From positions 1 to 62,218 of the forward strand of contig JAFGNO010000192.1 in the NCBI GenBank assembly GCA_016926985.1: a stretch of 62,218 nucleotides of DNA, read 5' to 3'. The translations under genes were made by a program, and so were the position numbers. The DNA comes from Anaerolineae bacterium (GTDB lineage Bacteria; Chloroflexota; Anaerolineae; Aggregatilineales; UBA3940). Position 1 is the first letter of the stretch; each line of letters starts with the position of its first letter. This document shows positions 25,559-35,241 of this stretch, piece after piece. Below the pieces are notes generated by a model that was not told the origin of the DNA, searched no databases, and saw only the letters and a program-made list of their open reading frames with translations.

Positions 25559-26908
25559 GTGACCAATCACACTCCCCCCGTGACAGGTGGTCTTGTTAAA
25601 TCCGTCCAGAAGCGCAGCCTCGCAGGATCACTGGGCATCAAGCCGGGCGATACGGTACTGGCTGTGAACTGCCAGCCTGTTCAGGACGTGATAGACGTTC
25701 AATATTACTCGGCTGAGTATGATGTCGAAATTGAGGTTGAACGCAGCGGGCAGCGGCTCACCCTCAGTGGGCAGCGCAAGCCCATGCAGCCCCTTGGGAT
25801 TGAGTTTGAACACCCAACATTCGACATGGATATCCGGCGCTGCAACAATCTCTGTGAATTTTGCTTTGTCCTGCAAATGTCGCCTGGTTTTCGCCGCACA
25901 CTTTACATCAAGGATGACGACTATCGCTACTCCTTCCTTTCTGGTCATTATGTCACTCTGACAAACCTCACCGACCATGACAGATGGCGGATAGTCAACC
26001 AGCATCTCAGCCCGCTATATATCTCAGTCCACGATACTGACGTTGAGCGCAGGCGTCGGTTGCTCCGCAATGACACCGCGCCGGATATTCTCGCCCAGTT
26101 GAAGTGGTTGATTGAGAATGGCATCGAGGTGCATACTCAGGTTGTTGTTGTCCCCGGCGTTAATGACGGGGAGCCCCTTGAATCCTCTGTGCATCGGTTA
26201 GCTGAGTTATTCCCCGGTGTGCAGACGATCAGCGTTGTACCGGTGGGTTTGACCCGCTATCACCGCTATGGGAGACGAACCCACACAATTGAAGAAGCTC
26301 AGGTCATCCTGGATACCTGTCATGCCTGGCAGAAGGATTTTAAGCGGGCACTTGGCGTCAACTTTGTTTATCCCACTGATGAGTGGTACCTGGTGGCAGG
26401 TAAGCCGGTTCCCGGACTTGAGGCATATGATGGTCATGATTTGACTGAAAACGGGTTGGGCACGGTCAGGCGTTTCCTTGATGAATGGCAGCAGTCCAGG
26501 CATGAGATCGTGAAGCCATTCAGCCCGCAAGGTCTGACTCTGGTGACCGGGATGCTCTTTCATTGTGTTTTACAGGCATGTGTGGATGAATTTGTCCGGT
26601 TGACCGGGACAAGCTGCGAAGCCATCCCCGTCACCAACACGATGCTTGGTGAGACAATCACGGTTGCGGGCCTGTTGATGGGGCGTGATGTCATCGACCA
26701 GTTGGCTGGCAGGTCGCTGGGAGATGTGGTTGTGCTGCCGCGTGTGATGTTTGACCATCCGGATGGCATCAGCCTGGATGATCTGTCTCCGGGCGATGTC
26801 GCCGCAGCGCTTAACCGCCCGGTTATTTTGGCCGATCTGATGGGCGACCTTGTCGACCTGGTTAATGGTAAGCCATCCGCGTTATTTACTCCTTCCAGGA
26901 GAACATAG
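25559..26908 (+). CDS. PDZ + radical SAM + DUF512 protein
   Basis: It has an N-terminal PDZ-like block (GIKPGDTVLAVNCQPV), a CNNLCEFC (CxxxCxxC) cluster and a DUF512-type C-terminus. I chose the GTG at 25559, directly after the plsC stop, over the 25400 ORF start that overlaps plsC. Confidence 0.75.
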   Translation: MTNHTPPVTGGLVKSVQKRSLAGSLGIKPGDTVLAVNCQPVQDVIDVQYYSAEYDVEIEVERSGQRLTLSGQRKPMQPLGIEFEHPTFDMDIRRCNNLCEFCFVLQMSPGFRRTLYIKDDDYRYSFLSGHYVTLTNLTDHDRWRIVNQHLSPLYISVHDTDVERRRRLLRNDTAPDILAQLKWLIENGIEVHTQVVVVPGVNDGEPLESSVHRLAELFPGVQTISVVPVGLTRYHRYGRRTHTIEEAQVILDTCHAWQKDFKRALGVNFVYPTDEWYLVAGKPVPGLEAYDGHDLTENGLGTVRRFLDEWQQSRHEIVKPFSPQGLTLVTGMLFHCVLQACVDEFVRLTGTSCEAIPVTNTMLGETITVAGLLMGRDVIDQLAGRSLGDVVVLPRVMFDHPDGISLDDLSPGDVAAALNRPVILADLMGDLVDLVNGKPSALFTPSRRT

Positions 26909-26989
26909 GCAGTCAGCAGCCGCTTTGCGGGGATGATAGACCGACCGATTGTCGTTGAGCAATCGTCAGGTGCTGTGGTGAAAAATCAC

Positions 26990-26998
26990 TGCTATACT
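26990..26998 (+). promoter_or_regulatory. Extended -10 promoter for the glmS ribozyme-glmS transcript
   Basis: TGcTATACT lies about 58 nt upstream of the predicted ribozyme cleavage site. Confidence 0.45.
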
Positions 26999-27056
26999 TC
27001 TGTTAAACTGAGGGAAGGGAGGTGTAAACGGTAAAGATATTTGCAGTGGGAAGATA

Positions 27057-27257
27057 AGCGCATGGGCCAGTATAACTGGTTGACGAGGTGGCGGTTATCT
27101 ATCGGTCGATAGGTTAAAGCAGCAGGTTAAACTGCAGCTGAAATCGGGATATCAGCGGGTGCCGCCCGGGTTGCCACAGCCCGAATCTTTCCCCCAAATG
27201 GCTATTGCTGCTAAAACCGGGTGTAAATCCGGCACAAAACGGCAGGCCGTGGCAAAT
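27057..27257 (+). ncRNA. glmS ribozyme: glmS ribozyme (glucosamine-6-phosphate-activated self-cleaving leader)
   Basis: It sits about 75 nt upstream of glmS. It starts with A/GCGC at 27057, followed by a CCAGU-AUA-ACUGG hairpin (27067-27079). The conserved-looking blocks are UGACGAGGUGG...UUAUC (27081-27099), GCGGGUGCCGCCCGGG (27155-27170) and AAACCGGGUGUAAAUCCGGCACAAAAC (27213-27240). These match, from memory, the Bacillus/Thermoanaerobacter ribozyme core. No covariance model was run. Confidence 0.65.
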
Positions 27258-27333
27258 TCAAACATTCTCTGAAACATAGCCTGTGATAATGCTGTGATGT
27301 GCGGCATTATGCTTGCTGAAAGGTGTATGAATA

Positions 27334-29175
27334 ATGTGTGGAATCGTTGGTTATATTGGCATGCGTGACGCCGCGCCTATTATTCTGAACGGTCTCAAGC
27401 GGCTTGAGTATCGCGGATATGATTCGGCAGGGATCGCCATTTACCAGGATGGAAAAATCGAGATGCGCCGGGATGTTGGGAAGCTGTCTGCGCTTGAACA
27501 ACTGGTTCGTGAGCAGCCGGTGAGCGGGCGGCTTGGGATCGGGCATACCCGCTGGGCTACCCACGGCGAGCCATCTGCCCGAAATGCCCATCCCCATATT
27601 GGCATGACCGGTAATGTGGTGGTGGTTCATAATGGAATTGTTGAGAACTACCTAGAGCTTCGGGATATGCTTCAATCAGAAGGGGCTGAGTTCGCCAGCG
27701 AAACAGATACCGAGACAATTGTTCACTTGATTGAGCGCTATCTTGCAGCTGGGCTGTCGATTGAGGACGCGTCGCGGGAGGCTTTTCAACTGCTTCGGGG
27801 TGCGCAGGCAATTGTGACTTTTAGCATCAATGAACCGGATCGTTTGGTTGCCTGCCGGATTGGCAATGCGGGTGGTGTTGCCATTGGGGTAGGGGAAGAT
27901 GAGATGTTCATTGCTTCGGATATCCCTGCCATTCTAGAACACACGCGGCGTATGGTGTTCCTGGAGTCCCGGACTGTTGCTGTGGTAACCAGTGAGGGAT
28001 ACGAGGTGAAGACCCTTGGCGGCGCTCCAGTGATCCTTGAAGAGCATACCATCCCCTGGGACCCGATCAGCGCCGCCAAAGGCAGCTATAAACACTTCAT
28101 GCAAAAGGAAATTTTTGAGCAGCCGCGCGCACTCACCGACACGATCCGCGGTCGCGTTGATTTTGAGCATCAGTGGGTCAGCCTGCCAGAGATGAACCTC
28201 TCGCCTGATATTGTCAGGCGGATTTCCCGGATTCATATTGTAGCCTGTGGTACCTCTTATTATTCGGGTCTGATAGGAAAGACCCTGATTGAGCGAATTG
28301 CGCGTATACCGGTTGAAGTGTCAATCGGTTCTGAATTTCGTTATGCCGACCCCCTGATCGATGACACAATGGCTGTCCTGGCTATAACCCAGTCAGGCGA
28401 AACCGTCGACACGCTGGCGGCAATGGAGGAGGCGCGAGATAAAGGAGCCCTGCTCTGGAGCATTGTCAATGCAATTGGCAGTCAGGCCATGCGCATTGCT
28501 GATGGCTATATTGCCATGCAGGCGGGGCCCGAAATCGGGGTGGCAAGCACAAAAGCGTTCACGACTTCGATTGTGGACCAATATCTATTGGCCTGCTGCC
28601 TCAGCCAATTTCGCAACGGCGGCGATTCGGAGATGGTAAAGAAAGCAGCATCCGATCTGGCCCGGATGCCCGATCTGATCGGGGGCGTGCTGGATCATGA
28701 TGAAGAATATCATGCTCTGGCTTCAAGGCTCTACAGCTTTTCAAATTTCCTCTATCTGGGACGGGGGATCAACTACCCGATCGCCCTGGAAGGGGCCTTG
28801 AAGCTCAAGGAGATCAGCTATATCCATGCGGAGGGCTATCCTGCCGGAGAGATGAAGCACGGGCCTATTGCGCTGATAGACAGGCATATGCCCGTGCTGG
28901 CAATTGCCACCAGAGATGGCGTCTACGATAAGATGCTCTCGCAGATTGAGCAGGCCAAGACTCGTGGGGGCATCGTGGTTGCCCTGGCAACCGAGGGTGA
29001 CAGCCAGATTGCTGATAAAGTGGATCATGCGATTTATGTACCGGAGGTCCCGGAACTACTGTCGCCAGTGGTCAATGTCCTACCACTTCAATTGTTGGCC
29101 TATCATATTGCAGTCATACGGGGCGCGGACGTGGACCAGCCCCGGAACCTCGCCAAGAGTGTAACGGTCGAGTGA
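27334..29175 (+). CDS. glmS: Glutamine--fructose-6-phosphate aminotransferase
   Basis: 613 aa. It has the MCGIVGY N-terminal Cys nucleophile, two SIS domains and the C-terminal ...NLAKSVTVE. Confidence 0.95.
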   Translation: MCGIVGYIGMRDAAPIILNGLKRLEYRGYDSAGIAIYQDGKIEMRRDVGKLSALEQLVREQPVSGRLGIGHTRWATHGEPSARNAHPHIGMTGNVVVVHNGIVENYLELRDMLQSEGAEFASETDTETIVHLIERYLAAGLSIEDASREAFQLLRGAQAIVTFSINEPDRLVACRIGNAGGVAIGVGEDEMFIASDIPAILEHTRRMVFLESRTVAVVTSEGYEVKTLGGAPVILEEHTIPWDPISAAKGSYKHFMQKEIFEQPRALTDTIRGRVDFEHQWVSLPEMNLSPDIVRRISRIHIVACGTSYYSGLIGKTLIERIARIPVEVSIGSEFRYADPLIDDTMAVLAITQSGETVDTLAAMEEARDKGALLWSIVNAIGSQAMRIADGYIAMQAGPEIGVASTKAFTTSIVDQYLLACCLSQFRNGGDSEMVKKAASDLARMPDLIGGVLDHDEEYHALASRLYSFSNFLYLGRGINYPIALEGALKLKEISYIHAEGYPAGEMKHGPIALIDRHMPVLAIATRDGVYDKMLSQIEQAKTRGGIVVALATEGDSQIADKVDHAIYVPEVPELLSPVVNVLPLQLLAYHIAVIRGADVDQPRNLAKSVTVE

Positions 29176-29213
29176 GCACGACATAACAAGGCCCGGTTCA
29201 TACCCGGCGCTGG

Positions 29214-29762
29214 CTATGGCAGCGGGCTGGTCAGTATGATCGCAAACACGATGATGGCCAGAATAATACCCACGACGATCAGGCTGACCAGCACAAGCCT
29301 TTGCTGTTTTCTCTGGTGTTGTGACTGCTGCTCAGCCAGGCGTTTAAGCCGGGCCTTTTCTTCAGCTTCAATAAGTGCCCGTTGCTCCGCTAAAAACCGG
29401 GAGTCTGCGGTCTTGGATGAGGCTAATCGCTCCGTGCGGTCAACAACGGCGCCATCAGAGGCTTCCCGCATCCTTGAAACAATGGATGAGAGCGTGTCAA
29501 GGGGAGTGGCGCACTTTTCGCAGTGGTCGGCATGAGGAGGGTTGATATATCCACACACCGGGCACTGCCGTCCGAGCCGTCCGCCGCATTTCATGCAGCG
29601 TTCGGCCTGCGCCGGGTTCAGTGTGCCACAGGTGTGGCATTGGATCTCCTCGCGTGGTGATGCGAATTTTGCGCCGCACGATTCGCAAATCAAGTTCCCC
29701 TCTTCATCATGTTTGAAACTTCCTGCGCCGCACGAGGGGCACACTATTCTTTTTAGGGCCAT
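29214..29762 (-). CDS. Multi-zinc-ribbon protein with coiled coil and a C-terminal TM anchor
   Basis: 182 aa from MALKRIVCPSCGAGS. It has eight CxxC pairs, consistent with up to four zinc ribbons (CPSC/CESC, CHTC/CMKC, CPVC/CEKC). These are followed by a charged helix and the terminal LVLVSLIVVGIILAIIVFAIIL. Confidence 0.6.
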   Translation of the reverse strand: MALKRIVCPSCGAGSFKHDEEGNLICESCGAKFASPREEIQCHTCGTLNPAQAERCMKCGGRLGRQCPVCGYINPPHADHCEKCATPLDTLSSIVSRMREASDGAVVDRTERLASSKTADSRFLAEQRALIEAEEKARLKRLAEQQSQHQRKQQRLVLVSLIVVGIILAIIVFAIILTSPLP

Positions 29763-29974
29763 GGGTTGACATCCAATTGATAAAGATTTGCCCAACCGCT
29801 CATGATAATCCAATTATCAATGTCAGTTTGGTAAAGTATTCTATACGGACAGGTTTCTGTTAGCATGCAATACTATCATACGCACAATTGAGCTTGAGCA
29901 AAGCGACGACGCGCGAAACTTTATGCAACTGCTTGCGTATTATTCAGTGAGAATCAGTGCCGAGGAGGCAGCCA

Positions 29975-30529
29975 ATGAATGAACTTGAGCTTATATCCGA
30001 AAATGCGGCTATTGTGACCGAGGGGTTGCCAGAAACAACGTCTGAGGAAAGAACCTGGGCTGCATTGGTGCACCTGAGCACATTGTTCACGCTCTTGATT
30101 TCCCTTGGGACGCTGGGGATCGGTGGGATTCTGTTTGTATTTATCCCGCTGGCCGTTTATGTGTTCTATAAAGAGAAATCATCGTTTGTCGCTTACCATG
30201 CGGCTCAGGCGTTTGCCCTTCAGATGCTGTGCTCGATTGGATTCTTTATTGCACTGCTTGCCAGCATTCTGGCCATCGTGGTTATCTGGACAGTCACAGG
30301 TGTCCTGAGCATTATCCTGGTAGGATTGATTCTTGTTCCACTGGCTTTGCTGATCACGGTGATTCTTCCTGTTGTGCTGATGCTGCTGCCATTTCTGTTT
30401 GGTGCACTGGCGCTGGTGGCTGGCATCCAGACTGGTGGTGGGATCAACTACCAGTATCCATATATTGGCAGGTGGGTTGAATCCTGGCTGAGAGAACTTG
30501 ACAAGGAAACCGAGCCTGTTGTTCTCTGA
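29975..30529 (+). CDS. DUF4870-family membrane protein
   Basis: It reads ERTWAALVHLS...IPLAVYVFYKEKSSFVAYHAAQAFALQ and has 4 TM helices. The ATG at 29975 lies 6 nt after a GAGGAGG SD. Confidence 0.7.
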   Translation: MNELELISENAAIVTEGLPETTSEERTWAALVHLSTLFTLLISLGTLGIGGILFVFIPLAVYVFYKEKSSFVAYHAAQAFALQMLCSIGFFIALLASILAIVVIWTVTGVLSIILVGLILVPLALLITVILPVVLMLLPFLFGALALVAGIQTGGGINYQYPYIGRWVESWLRELDKETEPVVL

Positions 30530-30543
30530 CAGAATGTTGTGAG

Positions 30544-30570
30544 CAGCCGGTGCCTGTCACCGGGCTGTTT
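30544..30570 (+). terminator. Terminator-like hairpin after the DUF4870 gene
   Basis: CAGCCGGTG-loop-CACCG(G)GCTG forms a 9-bp stem with one bulged G, followed by TTT. It starts 15 nt after the stop. Confidence 0.45.
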
Positions 30571-30588
30571 GCAAAACCTCTCTTGCAG

Positions 30589-30623
30589 GCAGGGTGATCG
30601 ACCGGTCACCCTGCTTGGGTTTC
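30589..30623 (+). terminator. Second terminator-like hairpin
   Basis: GCAGGGTGA-8 nt-TCACCCTGC forms a perfect 9-bp stem, followed by TTGGGTTTC. Confidence 0.45.
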
Positions 30624-30654
30624 TACAGGCCACACTTCGATCTCCGCATAAAAC

Positions 30655-30686
30655 CACCTGCTGGACGCAGGTGTTGATCGATTTTT
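30655..30686 (+). terminator. Third hairpin with a distal T-run
   Basis: CACCTGC-TGGAC-GCAGGTG forms a 7-bp stem. The T5 run begins 8 nt later, which is less canonical. Confidence 0.3.
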
Positions 30687-30701
30687 GTTTACCCTATCAT
30701 A

Positions 30702-30710
30702 TGCTACAAT
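30702..30710 (+). promoter_or_regulatory. Extended -10 promoter for the glycogen operon
   Basis: TGcTACAAT lies 76 nt upstream of the GH57 GTG, with a T-rich region upstream (ATTTTTG). Confidence 0.45.
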
Positions 30711-30786
30711 ACCTTTAATTGCTCCATTTGTTAGCTTAATGCCTGGATAGCTCATCTGGTAAAACTTAATCAGAAAGGGAAGGCCC

Positions 30787-32475
30787 GTGGATCCTGTTGG
30801 TGCTTTTACGTTTGTTTTGCACAGTCACCTTCCGTATGCGCGCATGGCTGGCCGCTGGCCGCACGGCGAAGAATGGATACATGAAGCCGCATCGGAGACT
30901 TATATTCCGCTTCTCAATGCGTTGTATGACCTGAAGGCGGAAGGTGTCACGTATGGGCTGACAGTTGGTCTGACGCCCATACTGGTCGAACAGCTTGCCG
31001 ATGCCGATGTCATTGATCATCTTGACGAATATCTTGATGAAAAGATTGCGGCTGCCAAGGCAGATATTGACCGGTTTGAGGAAGCCAATGAACCGCATAT
31101 GGCATTTCTCGCCACCTACTACACCGACTTCTTTGAAACTATCAAACAGAGTCTCGATGAGCGATATGACCGCGACATTGTCGGTGCATTTAAAGCCTTG
31201 CAGGAGGAAGGCCTGATTGAGATCATTACCTGCGCGGCTACACATGGCTATCTGCCGCTCCTTGGGCGTGATTCTTCGATAGTCGGGCAGCTAACGACCG
31301 GCATTGAGGCATACAAACGGCATTTTGGCCGTCCGCCCCGTGCTATCTGGCTGCCGGAGTGCGCTTATCGCCCGGCCTATTTCCTTCCTGATGGTTCGGT
31401 AAGGCCGGGTATCGAGGCCTTCCTCCACAAGCAGGGCATTGGCCTGTTCTTCAGTGAGACACATACGATTGAGGGGGGGCAGCCCGTTGGCGTTGCCGCA
31501 GGCGATGCTATCGGGCCCTATGGAGAAGTTAAGCGGCGCTATGTGGTCCCGGTGCAGCAGGCCATTCCCCGCCGCGAGGCTTCCACCTTCAAGGCCTACT
31601 ATGTCTCGGATACGGCGGCTGGTAAAGGGGCTGAGCAGCATTCCGGGGTGTGCGTCATTGGGCGTGATAATCGCACCGGGATGCAGGTCTGGTCGGCTGA
31701 GTGGGGCTATCCGGGCGACTATGACTACCGCGAGTTTCACAAAAAAGATGGTGTATCCGGCATGCAGTACTGGCGGGTTTCCGGCTCCAAGGTGGATCTT
31801 GGCTTCAAAGACGAATACCACCCGGATTGGGCTAAGTACAAAGTGGGTGAGCATGCCCGCCATTTCGCCTGGCTGGCCTCTGACCGACTCCAGCAGTATC
31901 ACCAGGATACTGGCGAATTTGGCTTAATCGCTTCCAATTATGACACGGAGTTGTTCGGGCACTGGTGGTTTGAAGGGATTGACTGGATTAAACAGGTGCT
32001 TAAACATCTGGCAAACGATCCGGCGGTGGAGTTGATCTGCGCCAGCGATTTCATAGAGAAATACCCACCCAAAGAGGTGCTTCATATCCCGGAAAGCTCC
32101 TGGGGGATGGGGGGGAATCACTGGACATGGGATAATCACGATACGCACTGGATGTGGGGACCAATTCATGGTTCTGAACTCAGGATGGAAAAGCTGGTCG
32201 AGCAATATCCCGATCCCGATGCTGACGAAACTGCGGTGTTGAACCAGGCCGCGCGGGAACTGCTTCTGCTGCAATCCAGTGATTGGCCGTTTCTGGTGAC
32301 GACGGGACAGGCCAGGGAATACGCGATCAGGCGGTTTACCCGGCATGTGGAGCGCTTTGAAGCCCTGGCGCGTTCACTGGAGAATGGGCAAGCGGACCGC
32401 GTGCTGGCTGATGAGCTGTTTGAGGTCGATAAAGTATTTCCTGATATTGATTTCCGCTGGTTTAAGGCGCGGTGA
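30787..32475 (+). CDS. GH57-family 1,4-alpha-glucan branching enzyme
   Basis: 562 aa with a GTG start. It reads FTFVLHSHLPYARMAGRWPHGEEWIHEAASETYIPLL, the GH57 region I of the Thermus/Thermococcus-type branching enzymes. A helical DUF1957-like C-terminus follows. It is the first gene of the glycogen operon. Confidence 0.85.
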   Translation: MDPVGAFTFVLHSHLPYARMAGRWPHGEEWIHEAASETYIPLLNALYDLKAEGVTYGLTVGLTPILVEQLADADVIDHLDEYLDEKIAAAKADIDRFEEANEPHMAFLATYYTDFFETIKQSLDERYDRDIVGAFKALQEEGLIEIITCAATHGYLPLLGRDSSIVGQLTTGIEAYKRHFGRPPRAIWLPECAYRPAYFLPDGSVRPGIEAFLHKQGIGLFFSETHTIEGGQPVGVAAGDAIGPYGEVKRRYVVPVQQAIPRREASTFKAYYVSDTAAGKGAEQHSGVCVIGRDNRTGMQVWSAEWGYPGDYDYREFHKKDGVSGMQYWRVSGSKVDLGFKDEYHPDWAKYKVGEHARHFAWLASDRLQQYHQDTGEFGLIASNYDTELFGHWWFEGIDWIKQVLKHLANDPAVELICASDFIEKYPPKEVLHIPESSWGMGGNHWTWDNHDTHWMWGPIHGSELRMEKLVEQYPDPDADETAVLNQAARELLLLQSSDWPFLVTTGQAREYAIRRFTRHVERFEALARSLENGQADRVLADELFEVDKVFPDIDFRWFKAR

Positions 32476-32476
32476 T

Positions 32477-33925
32477 GTGAATATTCTGTTCATTGCAGCC
32501 GAATGTGCGCCATTTGCGAAGGTCGGTGGCCTGGGGGATGTGTTAGGTGCACTTCCTGCGGCGCTGGCTGCTATGGGCCACTCTGTACGTGTTGTGCTGC
32601 CCCACCATGGTAATATCAATGATGAGGCATTTGGTCTCAAGCCGGCTGCCCGGTTCCCAATGAACTGGAATGAGGACACCACGCAGGTTGTGGTGTCCTC
32701 AACGATTCACCGCCAGGTCGCCCATTTTTTCATTCGCGGTTATCCCTTTTTCTCCCCGGATGAAAAATTCATCTATCACCAGGATGAGGGGATTGACGTG
32801 GGGCGCTACCTGTTTTTGTCGGCAGCGGCGCTGGAACTCGTGCATATATGGGACGAACAGGATGGCTGGACGCCGGATGTTTATCACGTCCACGACTGGC
32901 ACACCGCTTTCATACCTTACCTGCTCACGCGTAAATACGGCAGTAAGCCAGGATTAGAGAAAGCACCAACGGTGTTCTCGATCCACAATCTGCGCTATCA
33001 GGGCTGGGGTTTGGGCTGGCACCTTGAGCGTGCTGGCCTGCCGCCTGTTGATCACGGGTTGCTGCATGCGACCAATCGGGCAGATAACAGCCTTGCAGTT
33101 GGGCTGGCTTACAGCACCATGCTCAGCACCGTCAGCCCGCGGTATGCGATGGAGATAAACAGCCTGGCCGGCGGATTTGGCCTGGACGGAATTCTCAGTG
33201 CCCGGCAGACTCGTCTGGTTGGTATCCTTAACGGGATTGATACAGCGCTTTGGGACCCCTCCACATCGTCAGTAATCACTCGGCCATTTTCGGTGGATAC
33301 TCTGTCAGGCCGTCAAGCAAACAAGCTGGCATTGCAATCCGAGTTGGGGATACGGCAGGACAAACAGGTGCCTCTTATTGGCGCTGTGATGCGCCTGGTG
33401 GAGCAGAAGGGGCCTGGCATCCTGGCATCAGCCATGCGGATCATCCTGACCCATCGCGACTGCCAGTTTGTCTTGCTGGGAAATGGGCAGTATGAGTATG
33501 AAAACCTGATGCGTTGGCTGGGCTACGACTTTCCCACAAAAGCATCAGTGGCCCTCGGTTTCGATGAGTCGCTTGCCGAACGTATTTACGCGGCTGCAGA
33601 TTTCTTTGTGATGCCCTCCCTGTTTGAGCCGTGCGGGATTGGGCAGATGATTGCCATGCGCTATGGCGCGGTTCCGGTCGTGCGGGCAGTCGGGGGGTTG
33701 GTGGATACGGTGCCACCAGAAATTGGCTTTCTCTTCCACGATTTCCATCCAGGGGCCCTGGAATGGGCCTTGAACCAGGCTCTTGATACCTATCAATATC
33801 GCAATCAGGAGTGGATCAGCCGGCAGCAGTCAGCAATGCGTATGGACCATTCGTGGGAGAGGTCCGCCTGCCGGTATATCGATCTATATGAGCAGGCAAT
33901 TGCGATCCGTAGGATGTATGAATAG
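32477..33925 (+). CDS. glgA: Glycogen synthase (ADP-glucose type, GT5)
   Basis: 482 aa from a GTG 1 nt after the upstream stop. It reads [21 protein letters not shown] and [12 protein letters not shown]. Confidence 0.9.
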   Translation: MNILFIAAECAPFAKVGGLGDVLGALPAALAAMGHSVRVVLPHHGNINDEAFGLKPAARFPMNWNEDTTQVVVSSTIHRQVAHFFIRGYPFFSPDEKFIYHQDEGIDVGRYLFLSAAALELVHIWDEQDGWTPDVYHVHDWHTAFIPYLLTRKYGSKPGLEKAPTVFSIHNLRYQGWGLGWHLERAGLPPVDHGLLHATNRADNSLAVGLAYSTMLSTVSPRYAMEINSLAGGFGLDGILSARQTRLVGILNGIDTALWDPSTSSVITRPFSVDTLSGRQANKLALQSELGIRQDKQVPLIGAVMRLVEQKGPGILASAMRIILTHRDCQFVLLGNGQYEYENLMRWLGYDFPTKASVALGFDESLAERIYAAADFFVMPSLFEPCGIGQMIAMRYGAVPVVRAVGGLVDTVPPEIGFLFHDFHPGALEWALNQALDTYQYRNQEWISRQQSAMRMDHSWERSACRYIDLYEQAIAIRRMYE

Positions 33926-33946
33926 AGAAAGCTTCCAGGAGTTGTC

Positions 33947-35212
33947 ATGGTGAAGGTGCGTGCAGTGATATTGGCGGGAGGAGAAGGCAAGCGATTGAGC
34001 GTGCTGACCCGGAAGCGTGCTAAGCCGGCAGTCCCATTTGCCGGAAAATACCGCATTATCGATTTTACGTTGTCTAACTGTGTGAATTCGGACATCTTTG
34101 ATGTCATGATCCTTACTCAATATCGTCCGCATTCCCTGAATGACCATATTGGGAAAGGGCGCCCGTGGGATTTGGACCGGTCATTTAGCGGGGGGGTTCA
34201 GCTTCTTCAACCCTTCATTGGTCGTGAGGACTCGGACTGGTATGCTGGTACTGCCGATGCGGTGTTTCAGAATATTAACTTTGTGAAACAGCGTAATCCG
34301 GACCTGATCCTTGTTCTATCCGGGGATCATATCTACGAGATGAACTATCAGAACCTGATCAAATCTCATCTTGAAAAAGGTGCAGAGGCCACTGCCTGCA
34401 CTTTTGAGGTTTCGGAACAGGACGCCTCTCGCTTTGGCATTATTGAAACTATTTCTGATGGGCGCGTGGTGGCTTTTCACGAGAAGCCCGAGAAGCCCAA
34501 AGGGACGCTGGCCTCAATGGGTGTTTACCTGTTCAACACATCAACACTGATTGATGTCCTGAGGGCGGATGCGTCGCGCTCGTCTTCCAGACACGACTTT
34601 GGCATGGACGTCATTCCCCGGATGGTTGAGGATGGTGTAAAACTCTATAGCTATCCGTTTAGTGGATACTGGGTGGATGTGGGGACGATTGAGGCCTACT
34701 GGAAGACCCATATGGCGCTGGTGGCCCATCCTCCAGTACTTGATCTGAACGATCGGTCGTGGATTATCCACACGCGCAGTGAGGAGCGTCCGCCCGTGCG
34801 GATTGAGGCTGGCTCAGAAATTATTGACAGTTTGATCACTGACGGCTCCCAGATTGCTTCTGGTGCGCGTGTTGAGAAGTCGGTGCTGTCTCCTGGTGTA
34901 TATATTGGGCCAAAGGCAGTTGTGCGCGAGTCGGTTATACTGGCAGGTACCTATATTGAAGCGGGTGCTGTGGTTGAACGCGCCGTCATCGACAAGGACT
35001 GCGTTATCGGGCACAATGTGCAGGTTGGCAGGATCGTTGAGGGGGATGAAAATCCTGGTATCGTGACCATCGGGAAAAACACACATCTCCCAACCGGGAT
35101 GACGGTGGGGCGGGGAACGCGTATTGGCGCGGACCTGAGTGATACAGATTTCCCTGATCTCTCCATCGACGATTTTTCCTATATCCACTCAAAAATCAGG
35201 ACTGATTACTGA
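33947..35212 (+). CDS. glgC: Glucose-1-phosphate adenylyltransferase
   Basis: 421 aa. It reads [41 protein letters not shown] and has a C-terminal left-handed beta-helix repeat region. Confidence 0.92.
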   Translation: MVKVRAVILAGGEGKRLSVLTRKRAKPAVPFAGKYRIIDFTLSNCVNSDIFDVMILTQYRPHSLNDHIGKGRPWDLDRSFSGGVQLLQPFIGREDSDWYAGTADAVFQNINFVKQRNPDLILVLSGDHIYEMNYQNLIKSHLEKGAEATACTFEVSEQDASRFGIIETISDGRVVAFHEKPEKPKGTLASMGVYLFNTSTLIDVLRADASRSSSRHDFGMDVIPRMVEDGVKLYSYPFSGYWVDVGTIEAYWKTHMALVAHPPVLDLNDRSWIIHTRSEERPPVRIEAGSEIIDSLITDGSQIASGARVEKSVLSPGVYIGPKAVVRESVILAGTYIEAGAVVERAVIDKDCVIGHNVQVGRIVEGDENPGIVTIGKNTHLPTGMTVGRGTRIGADLSDTDFPDLSIDDFSYIHSKIRTDY

Positions 35213-35241
35213 CCGGGCTTTTCTGGCTTAAGGATTGATCG

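Noticed and set aside
29763-29974. A possible small RNA or small ORF in the 212-nt divergent spacer between the zinc-ribbon and DUF4870 genes.
   Set aside because: It has only short, imperfect inverted repeats (ATACGCA...TGCGTAT, 7 bp) and several weak promoter-like hexamers. Nothing goes beyond what a divergent promoter region would show.
30766-31245. 159-aa minus-strand ORF. Similar cases are 31291-31902, 35206-35709, 17360-17935, 39995-40429 and 57280-57945.
   Set aside because: Each is antisense to a gene with strong family signatures (GH57, M20, TrmI, ECF sigma). No independent support exists.
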